A DNA stretch of 64,000 nucleotides from Felis catus. Lineage: Eukaryota. Made by a program: the position numbers and the translations under genes. Each line of letters opens with the position of its first letter. Positions within the stretch are counted from its first letter, which is position 1. The notes beneath the pieces were generated by a model. It saw only the letters and a program-made list of their open reading frames with translations. It had not been told where the DNA came from and did not search any database. Below are positions 39,350 through 50,958 of this stretch, one piece after another. Where the stretch lies: positions 32,800,001 through 32,864,000 of the forward strand of contig NC_058368.1 of the NCBI RefSeq assembly GCF_018350175.1, given 5' to 3'.

Positions 39350-39547
39350 ACAAATAAGGTTGAGAGAACCTATATAATGCATATAGTGTATCTGATAACA
39401 AATCTTATGACATTTTTTGATGTAAGTCGGAATAAATATCTTTCTCAAAAATTAAACCAAAAATTAAATCTAGGAAGATACCTTCACTATTACCATAGAA
39501 CTGTTGAATGTGTGGCGCAAGAGTTATGACACTACTAGTAATAATTA
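39350..39547 (-). pseudogene. Pseudo-exon, SEA C-terminal half
   Basis: Acceptor ttttactttcaAG. IITSSVITLAPHIQQFYGNSEGIFLDLIFGLIFEKDIYSDLHQKMS*DLLSDTLYALY. Confidence 0.4.
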
Positions 39548-39770
39548 CTTGAAAGTAAAAGTTAAAATGCAGAAACCACACTGAGATTACCCTATGAGTC
39601 ATTAGAGAAAGTCAATGGGTTTTCATATGGAGAGCAAGGTAAATGCTCTATTACATAAAATTATTTCAAAGGTAAGTTCTAAAATATTAAAAGCAGCCAA
39701 AAAAAATATGTAGTGAGGACTTAATCCATCCTGGCATATGGGTAATTTTATAAATAAAATTGTGGTTTAC

Positions 39771-40132
39771 CTTCATAAAAGGCAAAGTGATACCAAAGGC
39801 AGATTTTTGTCGGATGATTCTAGATGACCACCCTACATCGTCCACTGAAAAATAATCCTCTGGTGATGTAAGTTCTGTGGCTCCATCAGTCCAGTAGATA
39901 ACAGAGCAGCAAATCAAAGCTATATGAAACAAGAACCTTGAGAATGGTTTGATGGTATAGTTGTAATAACTAGAGAGCAAAATTTGAGTAGTGATTTGAT
40001 AATACTATTAACATGTTCTAGATGATGTGGGCCACAGCAGAAGAAAAAGATGGAGAAAAGGGCAACTATTGGGGTCCAATATAATGAACGATGTTAATTC
40101 TCAAAAGTTTCCATGAATCTGTGATGAATGAC
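39771..40132 (-). pseudogene. Pseudo-exon, complete SEA-like unit
   Basis: Acceptor aactttttctAG. GHSSQIHGNF*ELTSFIILDPNSCPFLHL / LEHVNSIIKSLLK / SSYYNYTIKPFSRFLFHIALICCSVIYWTDG...FMK. Donor AAG|GTAAAC. Confidence 0.55.
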
Positions 40133-40244
40133 CTAGAAAAAGTTTATACATATTAACAACCTAAAAAGATGACAAGATTCTTATGACAGATATTTGTTCT
40201 TTTGGAAGGAAGGGAGAAAAAGAAACTGAGTTTCTGTTGACTAT

Positions 40245-40396
40245 GGAAATTTTGCAACAAACCATAAAATGACCTTTAATTGTGTGTAAATTTTAAAATT
40301 AAGCTAGTTGTATCAGGCATAACTGGGATAAATGTTAGACTCATTGAAAGATAAAATTCCAATCTTTACTAGTTCTATTTCAGGAAGAAGGGCTAG
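40245..40396 (-). pseudogene. Pseudo-exon, SEA N-terminal half
   Basis: LALLPEIELVKIGILSFNESNIYPSYA*YN*LNFKIYTQLKVILWFVAKFP in one frame. Confidence 0.5.
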
Positions 40397-40419
40397 ATTT
40401 GACAGGCAGGTGTTAAGGT

Positions 40420-40501
40420 AATCAATTAGGACAACCATCTCCACTTAAGGTTATGATGGAGTCTTTTATTCACTTACTGTGACAGTACAAGCAAGAGGGA
40501 A

Positions 40502-40536
<35 letters not shown>

Positions 40537-41170
40537 CAAATAAATAAGTAAGTAAGTAAATAAATAAATAAAGGCTCTGGCTCCTCAAGGTTTCATTTTC
40601 TCCCAAAATGGCACCAGGTGGGAGCTGGGTAGATGCATTGTAGATGAGGGTATTTACCTCAGTGCTGAGGAGCAAGGAGCCCTGAAGAAAAGGCTTCTAT
40701 CTTTTTATGGACCCATGGGCTGAGTGAAAGATGGGGAAAGGCCATAGATGATAAGTACTGAGTCAAAGTGGAGAGTTATGCTTCAGCTAAGGCCTTCATA
40801 AGGAGGTCTCTGAATGATGGTCCCTGAGATAGGAATGCAGATACGTGTGCGAGAATGCTTCCTGTGAAGAAAGAAGGTTGAGTCCTTGACTGAACTCTCT
40901 CCAAAGACTGCAGTGAACTGGCTGTACATCAAGTCTGGTGGAGAGAGCAGTATCCCGCCATGAGACTGTCCAAGCAAGCATAGCTTTAAAAGTGCCTAGG
41001 GTCGGGTTTGAAATATCACACACAGGAGTTTCGGCTTTCGTCAAACTCCTCAGGTACGAGTGACCTATATCTCCCCTCCATTTCTGGGGTAAGTCCTCAA
41101 TAATCTTGGTCATAGATATAGATAGTATTGATCATATCCCATTTCTGGTCAAAATATTTTCCAAAGCACA
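40420..41170. mobile_element. Probable old LTR fragment with (TAAA)n
   Basis: Compositional shift and LTR-like sequence. Confidence 0.3.
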
Positions 41171-41669
41171 CGTGTGGAGAAATTTGCTTTCAGAATGTGA
41201 ATAGTCTCCCGTTATCAAAAGAAGACCACCACAGCACTCAATCTGTGAGGACCAGAATATAGGAAACAATTCAGGGGAAAAAAAGTTTTTTTATGTTACA
41301 ATAAAGCTATAAAAAGTACTTGCTTTAAGTATGGTTAGATATGTTTTTTGGTGAACTATTGACAACAGAATTAATTTGATCCTCTAGAATTTAGGTTCAA
41401 GAGATGAGAATTGAACTACTCTGACCTCACTGAATAAAAATCTAAGGAAGAAACACTAACTATTTTTAAAGGAGGAGGAGGCCGTAATTGGTGGAGTTAA
41501 AAATAACAATGCTAATACAAGATTGTTCTTTTTAAGGCAAGGTAGTAAGCCTCAAAGTAGACCTCAAATTCCCATTATTTTTGCAACCACCTGAACTGCT
41601 GTGTTTCAGTCAATGGCTTTTGCATATTCTGCAATTACTTAGGTCATCTAGAGGTGTTCTGCTAAATCA

Positions 41670-43100
41670 AAAATGTATGCTGAGGGAAATACTTCAAGAT
41701 GCCTGAGTAAGGATGTCTGAAAATTACTCATCCATAAAGCAATAAAAACCCTGGAAAAAATTAGAAACATCAACTTTTTCAGAACTCCCAATATTAATAA
41801 AATATATAGGCTTTACAGAATTAGTTTAGGAAAGTCCCTAAACAAACAAACAGAAGCAACAATAACAGCAAACGGCAACAAAAAGCAACCCTGGGATGGT
41901 TGGTTCTGATTTATAGAATTGTCACATTATAGTATTCAAAATGTCTAGTTTTCAGCAATACATTGTGAAACACAAAAGTAAGCACTAAAGTACGGCAGAT
42001 AAACAGGAAAAAGGAGTCTGCAGAAACCATCACTGAGACATTCCAGATATTATACTTATTATGCAAAGTAGAGCATAGTCTTTTTATACTATGTAAAGAG
42101 TCTTTATCAGCCTTTATGTGTACAAAATGTAACTAATATTGTGTCCAAAAACTGAAGTAAATATCAATAAAGAGAAAGAGAATAGAGAACCAAATAGAGA
42201 ATATCAATAAAGGGGATTTTTAAAAAGAAATGAACTCTTGAGCTAGAAATTTTCATAATGAAATGACAAACTCACTGGATGTGTTCAGCTACAGATTTGA
42301 GCAAACAGAAGTAATTAGCAAATGTAAAGATAGATCAATTAGGATTATGATTTCTAAGTTACAGAAATAATAAAGAGTGAAGAAAAATGAATAGAACTTC
42401 AGAACCCTGTAGGACACTATCAAGCATACCGACATACATATAATGAAAATACCAGAAGGTGGAGAGAGAGAAAAAGACTCCAAATGGGCATTTGAAGAAA
42501 TAATGACTGAAACTTTCAACATTTGATTAAAAGCTTAATTAACTCCAAGTAAGGTAAAAATCAAAGAGACCAATGCCCATATGTGTCCTAATCAAACTGT
42601 CAAAAGACAGAGGCAAAGAGAGAATCTTGAAAGAGCCAAGAAAAAATGACGCATCATATATAGGTGATCTTCAGTAAAATAAACAGCTGATTTCTTATCA
42701 GAAATCACAGGAACCATAGGCCAATGGAATAACATATTCAAAGTGCTGAAAGAAAAGATGGTTAACCAAGAATTCTATACCCAGAAAAAGTCCTTAAAAA
42801 AATAAAGAAATTAATACTACTCACATGTTAAGCAAAAAACTGAGATATCACTAGCTTACTTGGCCTATAAGTAATACTAAAAAAAAAGCCCCTCAATTAG
42901 AAAAAAGAAGTCAAATCAGTAAGTTGAATCCATGTAAATAAATGGCACTAGAAAGATAATTGCAGAGATAAATATAAAAGAGAATATAAGTGTATTTTTC
43001 TTTTGCTATCTAATTAAAATGACAACTACATAAAGCAAATTTAAACAAGTGTTGACGGGCACATGATGTGTAAAAACATAATCTGTATGGAAATTTTGGG
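41670..43100 (+). mobile_element. Old L1M 5'/ORF1 fragment
   Basis: ADFLSE / PRILYP-like ORF1 motifs near 42680-42790. Confidence 0.7.
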
Positions 43101-43159
43101 GCATTTGGCTCATTTTTTTCCCCAAAGCTAGTTCTAGAATAAAAGCAAGGATATGACTA

Positions 43160-43460
43160 GCTTGTGTTTTTGATCCAAGACCTGATTATCACATCCCTGA
43201 AAAGTATAAGGAAAGGCCAGTGCAAATTCACAGAGAAGAAAAGGAGACTCTACACCTGTTTATGCTCCATTTTACACTATTTTGAAAGCTTTATCTCCAA
43301 GGAGTGCATTTTAATACAAACTATGTTATTGATTTCTTTTAGATTCTGAAGTATTTTGATGATTTCCCTCAGGTATGTAGAGGTAGGTAGAATTCCAAAT
43401 TCATTTATCAGTGGTAATCTATTACTCTAATTGAATATCCAAGATTATTCTATCTCAACT
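43160..43460 (-). pseudogene. Pseudo-exon, SEA-like
   Basis: NNLGYSIRVIDYH**MNLEF / LREIIKILQNLKEINNIV / IV*NGA*TGVESPFLLCEF, compare KNGAATGVDAIC. Confidence 0.4.
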
Positions 43461-43814
43461 TAGCTCTGGTGATTAGGGAAAAAATGTCAGGTATATGAGG
43501 ATCTCTGTGTCTTTTGAAAACCCGAGATGGAACAAAACATAATTGCCTAGAACCAAAGTAAAGATGCCTGGCAAAATAGAAAACAACAACAACAACAACA
43601 ACAACAACAAAAACCTTCATTTTCAATTACTTTACTTAGTAGATTAGTTGCATTTTCTTCAATATTGTTGCTTTTATTTACATAATTTCACACCTTTACA
43701 TACCCATGAAACTTATACAAGGTGAGGAGAGACTCTAGCTATATTATTTCATTAGGATGTATGTAAACTACTAACTCAGTTTAAATTAATCTTATAAAAC
43801 TACATAGATTATAT

Positions 43815-44026
43815 GGGGCGCCTGGGTGGCTCAGTCGGTTGAGCGTCCGACTTCAGCTCAGGTCACGATCTCACGGTTTGTGAGTTCGAGCCCCGCGTCA
43901 GGCTCTGGGCTGATGGCTCAGAGCCTGGAGCCTGCTTCCGATTCTGTGTCTCCCTCTCTCTCTGCCCCTTCCCCATTCATGCTCTGTCTCTCTCTGTCTC
44001 AAAAATAAATAAACATTAAAAAAAAA
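43815..44026 (+). mobile_element. Felid CAN-SINE
   Basis: Consensus-like body. Imperfect TSD aaaacta[c/t]ataga. Confidence 0.93.
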
Positions 44027-44199
44027 CTATATAGAATATCTATGTTGTAACAATCTCTTACATAGAACATAGTAGAATGAAAGATTTTAGGAATGAGTGA
44101 TGTATTAGAAAACTTTGGAGCAATATGTATTTGTTAAATAAATGTCAAGAATGATTCATCAAAGGCTTTGTGTTAAATGAGAGATAAGAATATCGGTAC

Positions 44200-45023
44200 T
44201 TGTTTATAATTTTTCTCTTTCCCAAGGGTATAATTTTGCTTAGCTGATGGGTGACTGCACTCATTACACACTGAAAATGTAGTCTATTGACTCCTATTTA
44301 TGGATCTCATTGTATATATTATAGTCACTTGGTTTCTTAGGAAAAGCTCTCCAAAATATTGACAAAACATCTTATGTCTTTCAAGTGATTGTGAACTCTA
44401 TTTTGCATTTTTTGTAATGATAGCAGGATATGCTTTCAGAATTTTTATAGAAGTGGTGCTGAGGGTTATTAATAATTTTTCATTGCTTATTAACATATAA
44501 TTCAATAGCATACAGTTTCCAAACCCCTTAAGTCTCAACCCAATAATTCAGTATTGTATGATCAACAACATGTTTAGACATTCTCTTTACAATTTAACTT
44601 ATTCTTTATCTGACACTGGCTGTTAATGCTCGCATTTGCTTTTCTTAATGTCTAGACAGTAGTTAGCTATTCAGCTGAAGAATTTTCTTTGATCATGCAA
44701 ATGTAGTTCCCTGTTCCAGCTTCATTAAGTAATTGTTATGACTATTAAATATGCTCCATTTGATAAAGTATAAGGATCTAATCACAAGATTATTTCCTTC
44801 ATTTGTGATTTTACTGAACAGAACAGTATTATCTAAATCAAGTCCTCACTGATGTTTATTTCCTTTGTGGGAATAGATAAAAGAATAAGAAAAGCTCATG
44901 ATAAACACTATTGTGACTTTCTTTGACTACAGCAACATAACTTTTATCATAGGTCCAACTAGATGTTGTTCTACTTGCCTATAAGCCATCACTTCCGTTG
45001 GTGTTATTTATGTGATACTTTCC
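44200..45023 (-). pseudogene. Large pseudo-exon with about two tandem SEA-like units
   Basis: AYRQVEQHLVGPMIKVMLL*SKKVTIVFIMSFS / EINISEDLI*IILFCSVKSQMKEIIL*LDPYTLSNGAYLIVITIT**SWNRELHLHDQRKF / IIGLRLKGFGNCMLLNYML. Confidence 0.55.
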
Positions 45024-46269
45024 TCAGAATTAAAAGGGAGAAATTAGTCTAATCTCTATTTGATAAATAACCTCATTTTTAAAAAGTTTTTTTGAGCTCC
45101 TACCATGAAAACTATTCTAAGAGACTTGTGATGCTTTTATATTTACTTCTTTTATCTTCAATAATCAGTTTCTTAATACTAAAGATAAGTTTAATTGGCT
45201 AGTATTGTAGAATTCACATTGTGCTTTTATATGGGTTTTATAATATAAACTTCAAAAAAGAACAACTCCAAATATGTGAGGGAAATATGATTTCTATTAT
45301 ACATATGTAGAAAATACAGTTCATCTAAATAAAGCAAGTACACTTGGGCACTAATAGTAAATGCTTAAACTATACTAATGCCTTGTTTCCTTACATCCTT
45401 TAGCATGAATGGATATTTACAGTATGTGATAACTATTCATATTGACAGAACACATTTGAATAATATTTAGATAACAATAACAGTATGAAATATAAAATAA
45501 ATGAAAATGGTAATTCTATATTAAAGGTAAAAATAACAATAAATAATTCTTATACCATATTTATTATATATTATTACTTTGCTATTCACATTACATTTTT
45601 ATTCATTGCAAAACTCTCCATATAAGGTAAGAATGTCTCCATTTATAGTGAAGAAACAGCAGTTCTGGCAATTACTTATCCTTCTCAAGATTCAAATAAT
45701 CTCCATTAGTTAGATTAAACATAAAATAGTCCAACATTAAAGACCATAAGAGAGTTATACCCTCTGACTCAACCATCCAGAAATGAAGCCTGAGCCCTTA
45801 ACTTGCTAGAGAGGTCTACATCATGAAAGCAGATTATCTTCCTTCCAGATTTTTGTTCTCCCATTAAATTTCTGCCATCCATTTCTCTAACCTCTACCCA
45901 GAAAAGAAGTCAGGCTTTCAGTAAAACAGAACATAAGTTAGAAGCTAAACTTCTAAGCATGTTTCTCAATCTCTCTCTTCTGTCTCTCTAACCCCTTCCT
46001 TCCCCCCACATCTCTCAGTAAACTAAAAATATAAAAGGATGTGTGTATGAACTTAGAGTTCATGATAATCCATGTAAAATTTAGAGTTTAAAGTGAGGAG
46101 TATATCTATAAAATAATGGCCCTAATTGTTTCTATAGCCTGACAATAGCAATATCATAGGTACTAATATGCATCAGAAACATTTAGAAAATGCATTTGTT
46201 GACAATTGGGTGAATATTTTCCAAATATAATTATTTCTATAGTATTTTATTTCTTCTAAAAGTATTTAT

Positions 46270-46655
46270 TAATGTTGCCATCTTAACTCTGTAACATTTC
46301 AATTATAATCCTTCCCGAGTCAAGAGTCATATAATCATATAAGATAAATTATATATGCATGAAATATCTTATGTTCCGTCTTCAAAACCAAGAACCTATG
46401 AACAACACTAGATAAAAGGGTGTGTGTATAATTGTGGAGAGGTTTCTTATTTATTACTTTATGCTTATTAACCTTTACTAATTATTTTAGGATCTGGTAT
46501 TTGGGTCCTTTTTAATTATTCTGTCAAGAGAATGTCCTTATTTTCAAAGCACATGACTCTGCTTGATCCAATAAGCTTCATCTGATTATGGAGATCCACT
46601 TTCCTGTCTCCAGCATTGTTAATCATTTCATTACCAATAACTCTTTTACTATTAC
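46270..46655 (-). pseudogene. Pseudo-exon, SEA-like
   Basis: NSKRVIGNEMINNAGDRKVDLHNQMKLIGSSRVMCFENKDILLTE*... then NYTHTLLSSVVH/VLGFEDGT*DISCIY, resembling the VLGFxxGSVxV strand. Confidence 0.45.
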
Positions 46656-46719
46656 TTTAAAACATGCATATATATGTATATATACGTATACACATACTCA
46701 TATACAAAGCCATATACTG

Positions 46720-46905
46720 AGAAAAGCAGAGAAAAATCTCTGTGAGCCTTGCAGTTAACCTCTCTAACACCTCAATTTCTGAACAAGTGAAACAGGAATA
46801 AGCATACCTCATACAGTTTGGGGATTGGATAATATTGTCCATATAAAGCACTTAGGTCAGTGCCTATTACTTGATAAGTATTAACTTGATGTTTTCATTG
46901 TTGTC
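46720..46905 (+). mobile_element. MIR fragment
   Basis: tgtgagcctt..aacctctctaacacctcaatttc..taaagcacttag. Confidence 0.6.
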
Positions 46906-47138
46906 ATTATTATGCCAGCCTCCAGCTCAAATTTCTCTGTTTTACTGTTAAACAAACAAACTCAAATACATAGTGAATGCCATTCGTTTTCAAATATGGC
47001 TATCCACCAATATCATCTAACCAGATTTTAACAACAACAACAACAGCAACAAAAAGAATCTGAGTTTTCCTTCCTGGGGATTGATTCAGTAGGGTTGCGT
47101 TAGATCCCAAACTTTATATGTTTAAAAACATGATCTTT

Positions 47139-47376
47139 GGGGTGCCTGGGTGGCTCAGTTGGTTGAGCATCCGACTTCGGTTCAGGTCATGATCTCATGG
47201 CTGGTGAGTTCGAGCTCCACGTCGGGCTCTGTGCTGACAGCTCAGGGCCTGAAGCCTGCTTCGGATTCTGTGTCTCCCCCTCTCTCTGCCCCTCCCCTGC
47301 TCATGCTCTGTCTCTCTCTCTCTGTCAAAAATAATTAAACATTAAAAAAATAAAAATAAATAAAAATAAAAAAATA
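47139..47376 (+). mobile_element. CAN-SINE
   Basis: TSD aaaacatgat[c/a]tttgg. Confidence 0.92.
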
Positions 47377-47453
47377 AAAACATGATATTTGGTTTATCAT
47401 GAAGGAGGTGGGCCTTTACAGGCCTTCTATAGTGTGAAGTTGCCTTTGCTTAC

Positions 47454-47618
47454 CATTATTTATTTGGGTTCTCTTGTTCAAGGCTATAAGCTTCTGTATT
47501 TAAGAACTATACTATTGAATTCATCAATGTTGATAGAAGGACAAGGTCTGACTCTCACTAATCAATAAGTATGATAATTGTATGTGTATATGACAATTGT
47601 TAAATTTTCTGTATCATT
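47454..47618 (-). pseudogene. Pseudo-exon, SEA C-terminal segment
   Basis: Acceptor catttcatAG. Reads NDTENLTIVIYTYNYHTY*...; after shifts EAYSLEQE and QINN-G. Strong donor ATG|GTAAGC in phase 1, compare GPYTLDRNSLYVNG. Confidence 0.55.
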
Positions 47619-47899
47619 CTATGAAATGATTGTTTTTTTTTGTTTTTTTTTTGAAATGATTGTTTTTAAGTAGGAGAAAGTTGAGGGTTTTTTAATGCTT
47701 TTCAGAGATTATTTTTAAGAAGAAAAATCAATTAATTTTGACCTACTATAGTAACTGAATTAGTTGGTTTTCCTCTTTTATGTTTCTGGCTTTAGTATTA
47801 CCTTCTATCCAACCCATCTTCAGTGTGTAGTTCTGTTTCTTCTGTACTTTTTCCTGTTTTAGAAATATCTACGTTATAATTTAATTCACATTTAAATCT

Positions 47900-47922
47900 A
47901 TTTTTAATCTTCATTTATATTT

Positions 47923-47958
<36 letters not shown>

Positions 47959-48126
47959 TATGTATATGAGTGGGGGAGGGGCAGAGACTGAGACAGAATC
48001 TGAAACAGGTCCAGGCTATAAACTGTCAGCACAGAGCCTGATACAAGGCTCCAACGCATGCGCTGTGAGATCATGACCTGAACTAAAGTTGGACACTTAA
48101 CCCACACTGAGCCACCCAGGCACCCC
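47900..48126 (-). mobile_element. CAN-SINE
   Basis: TSD aatt[c/t]acatttaaatctat. Confidence 0.9.
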
Positions 48127-48239
48127 AATTTACATTTAAATCTATATTAACCTAGAAATGGCCCTTATTCATTATTCAGGTATAATAAGAAAAATTAGCA
48201 TGATTTTAGATATCCTTTTACAACATTTATGTTATTTAC

Positions 48240-48307
48240 CAGATTAAATATAGAATTGCTCAAGAATTATATCCTGAAGAAGAATAAGGAATTGATATTG
48301 ATCAAAG
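48240..48307 (-). pseudogene. Pseudo-exon, SEA middle segment (68 bp)
   Basis: Reads L*SISIPYSSSGYNS*AILYLI+tg with donor CTG|GTAAAT. Both TGA stops are one change from CGA (R) or TGY (C), compare LRPLFKNTSVGPLYSGCRLTLLR. Acceptor is weak. Confidence 0.45.
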
Positions 48308-48587
48308 CTATCTTAATTGATTACTTTTATATTTAATTTGTGAAACATTAGATATCTACATTGTAGCTACATTAAAAAATATGTGTTTCTAAACACATCA
48401 GCTGCCCATTCAATGAGAATTTCCTCTAGTTAATATAAATTTTGATATTAATCTCACACCTAAACAGTGGCATATAATTAAAAATAAAGATAGGAAGTCA
48501 CTGAAGACAATTATATATGAAATATAATTTGCATATATTATATATAACTATATGTATAACTTTATGTAAATTATATATTTTATTTGC

Positions 48588-48741
48588 CTTCTCAGATTAT
48601 TTTTCCCCTTTTCTGCTTCCCAAAAGGTGAAAATTCATCCGATGATCTATATTATAGTAAGTAATCTCCATCTTATAATACAAAAGTTGATCACATAGCC
48701 CAGGTTGAACCATCCAATAAATTCCATCCTCCAGGGTAATG
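48588..48741 (-). pseudogene. Pseudo-exon, SEA N-terminal half
   Basis: Acceptor ttttctctgatcatttctAG. Reads ITLEDGIYWMVQPGLCDQLLYYKMEITYYNIDHRMNFHLLGSRKGEK*SEK, compare MUC16-type FTLNFTITNLxYxENMHHPGSRKF. Ends in phase 0 at AAG|GCAAAT (decayed or GC donor). Confidence 0.6.
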
Positions 48742-48980
48742 CTAGAAATGATCAGAGAAAAAAATATTATTTTCATGATAAACATACATATGAATACTAT
48801 AGTCATTGGGAAAAATAAGAAGCCAAGTTTAGTAGAATACCAACGAAAGAAGGCAGGGTAAAGCAAGGAATAAACTGGACCTTGGTGACAGTTTGTAGCT
48901 ACTTGATCAAACTCGGCCAAAGATAAGAAATTCCACAAGAATTTTCAGTAATGAAGACCCATAGTATCAATTAATCATAA

Positions 48981-49470
48981 TGTCAACCTTAAAAGTAAAA
49001 CAGCCAATTATTTTACCCACAAAATGGGTTTATTTAGAAATAGCAGGGGAATTACAATTTGGAACAAGCTAGCTATGACAAAATCCATAGACAACTCCAG
49101 AGAAAAAGGAGAATAACACTCTTTATAAGAGGGAGATAGAGAGGACTGCTATTAAAAAAAAAAAAAAAGTCCATTGGAGTAAAATGGAATTTCAAAGTGT
49201 AGTGGCTTTTTATTAGCTGAGTTGTAGCAATCTCTCATTGGCTGGGCTTCTGGCAAGCAAGGAGAAAATCTTCCTTCCTTCTCCAGGAGTAGTAAATTAG
49301 TATGGATTGGGAAGATGAGCCAGACAAGGTGGATGGATCTCTTTGTGCTGAGGACTGTCATAGAGGACCATCCTGTTGGAGTCTGTTATTGACACAAGCT
49401 ATAGTGAGTGAGGGCTTCCCCTTCTGGCTTCCTTATTCCATTTTTAAATGAGGTACACTATTAATTTTCA
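48981..49470. mobile_element. Probable old LTR
   Basis: TG start and CA end, LTR-like composition, no clear TSD. Confidence 0.4.
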
Positions 49471-50588
49471 AAATATATACAATTAAAGCTGAGTTATCTA
49501 TGAAGTATAGATATGTGTATTCTAATTGATATACTCTTACCAAGGTGTAAAAATGACCATAGAATATTAGTGTCAAAATAAATTGTTATAACTTCATGGG
49601 AGAGGAGTTTGGCAACCTGTATAAGAATTTTCACAAGTTTCCAGACACTACAGAGGTTTCACTTTTAGGTTTTATTTCAAAAATTAGATGTAAGTGTAAA
49701 AAGATATGTACACGGTGTGTTCACTGATAGTTGGATTTAAAGAATCAAGTGCCTGGCAATAGGAAATATGTTACAACATTTTTCTATACTTCGCAAAAAC
49801 ATAGAGCTATCAAAAGTACTGTTGTGTGCTACTTCAGAATTGGATCATATTTAGTCTATGTTACATTTCTGGTTGCAATACACAATATAAATATTCAGAA
49901 CCATAATCACTAGTGATAAGGAGTAAATGATCTTTATTTTGTGCTTTACATATAATTTATATATTTTCTATAATAGGTATACATACTTCTGTTATCATAA
50001 AATATTTATTTATAATATATGTATATTATTTATCCATAAATATGTATAAATATCTTTATAAAGCCTTTGCTGATAATACCAACCAAAAAGGTTTTTCTTT
50101 TGTTTAAACTTATTTTTATTGAGATATAATTGACATAAAAGATTTATAAGCTTAATTAGGTATGTTGATTTGGTAAATTTCTGTATTGAAATAGATTATT
50201 ACTATAGCATTAACTAACATCTCTATTATGTCACATAATTATTTCATTTTTTGCGGTATGAGCAATAAAATCGAATCTCTTAGCAGCTTTGAAGCTTATA
50301 GTACATTTATTTATAATCACTATGCTGTGCACTAGATATCTGGGATTTCTTTATCTACTAGTTCTAAATGTGTACTGGTAATCAACATATTCCTAATTCC
50401 CCAACACCACAGCGTCTAATAATCACCATTCAACTCTTACAAGTTCAGTTTTTGAGAGTCCACATGTAAGTGATATCATATGGCTTTCTCTGTCTGACTT
50501 ATTTCACTTATAATGCCCTAAAATTTAAATTCATCCTTGTTGTCACAAATGGCAAGATTTTCTTCATTCTCATGGCTGAATACTATTA

Positions 50589-50590
<2 letters not shown>

Positions 50591-50626
<36 letters not shown>
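50591..50626 (+). repeat. (GT)n microsatellite
   Basis: Direct reading. Others: (CA)n near 18627-18650, (GT)n near 35232-35256, (GATA)n near 3813-3839, (AAC)n near 43582-43610. Confidence 0.95.
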
Positions 50627-50631
<5 letters not shown>

Positions 50632-50641
50632 CTTATTATCA

Positions 50642-50775
50642 GGGTGCCTGGTTGGCTCAATCAGTGGAGAATGCGACTCATGATCTCAGGTCTCTGAATT
50701 TGAGGCACACGTTTGGTGTAGAGATCACTTTAAAAAAGTAACATCTTAAAAAAAACTAAAAAAACAAAAAAACAT
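50642..50775 (+). mobile_element. Short CAN-SINE inside old L1
   Basis: gggtgcctggttggctcaatcagtggag head. Confidence 0.8.
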
Positions 50776-50958
50776 AAAAAACCTTCTTTATCCATTCATC
50801 AGTTGACAGACACTTAATGTTTCCATATCTTGCCTGTTGTATATAATGCTGCAAGAAACATGAGAGTATATATATCTCTTCAATATCCTGTTTTAATTTC
50901 TTTCAGATATATACCCAGAAGTAGAATTGCTGGACATATGTTAGCTCCATTTTTAATT

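Larger units (their letters stand above)
1354..48741 (-). pseudogene. Putative unitary (intron-containing) pseudogene of a large multi-SEA-domain, MUC16-like mucin; may extend beyond these limits
   Basis: About 20 or more co-oriented minus-strand blocks in non-repeat DNA translate, with stops and frameshifts, to SEA-like peptides. Many have AG/GT boundaries. See the individual blocks. Confidence 0.72.
50100..50958 (-). mobile_element. Older L1 3' end (continues at 56873-56920)
   Basis: L1 3' UTR and ORF2-end sequence resumes seamlessly after the inserted L1. Confidence 0.8.

Noticed and set aside
1354..48741. Calling the locus MUC16 itself, or IMPG/UMODL1/TMPRSS
   Set aside because: The units are far more diverged from each other than MUC16 repeats and no diagnostic non-SEA exon was recognised. 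Orthology cannot be assigned without synteny.
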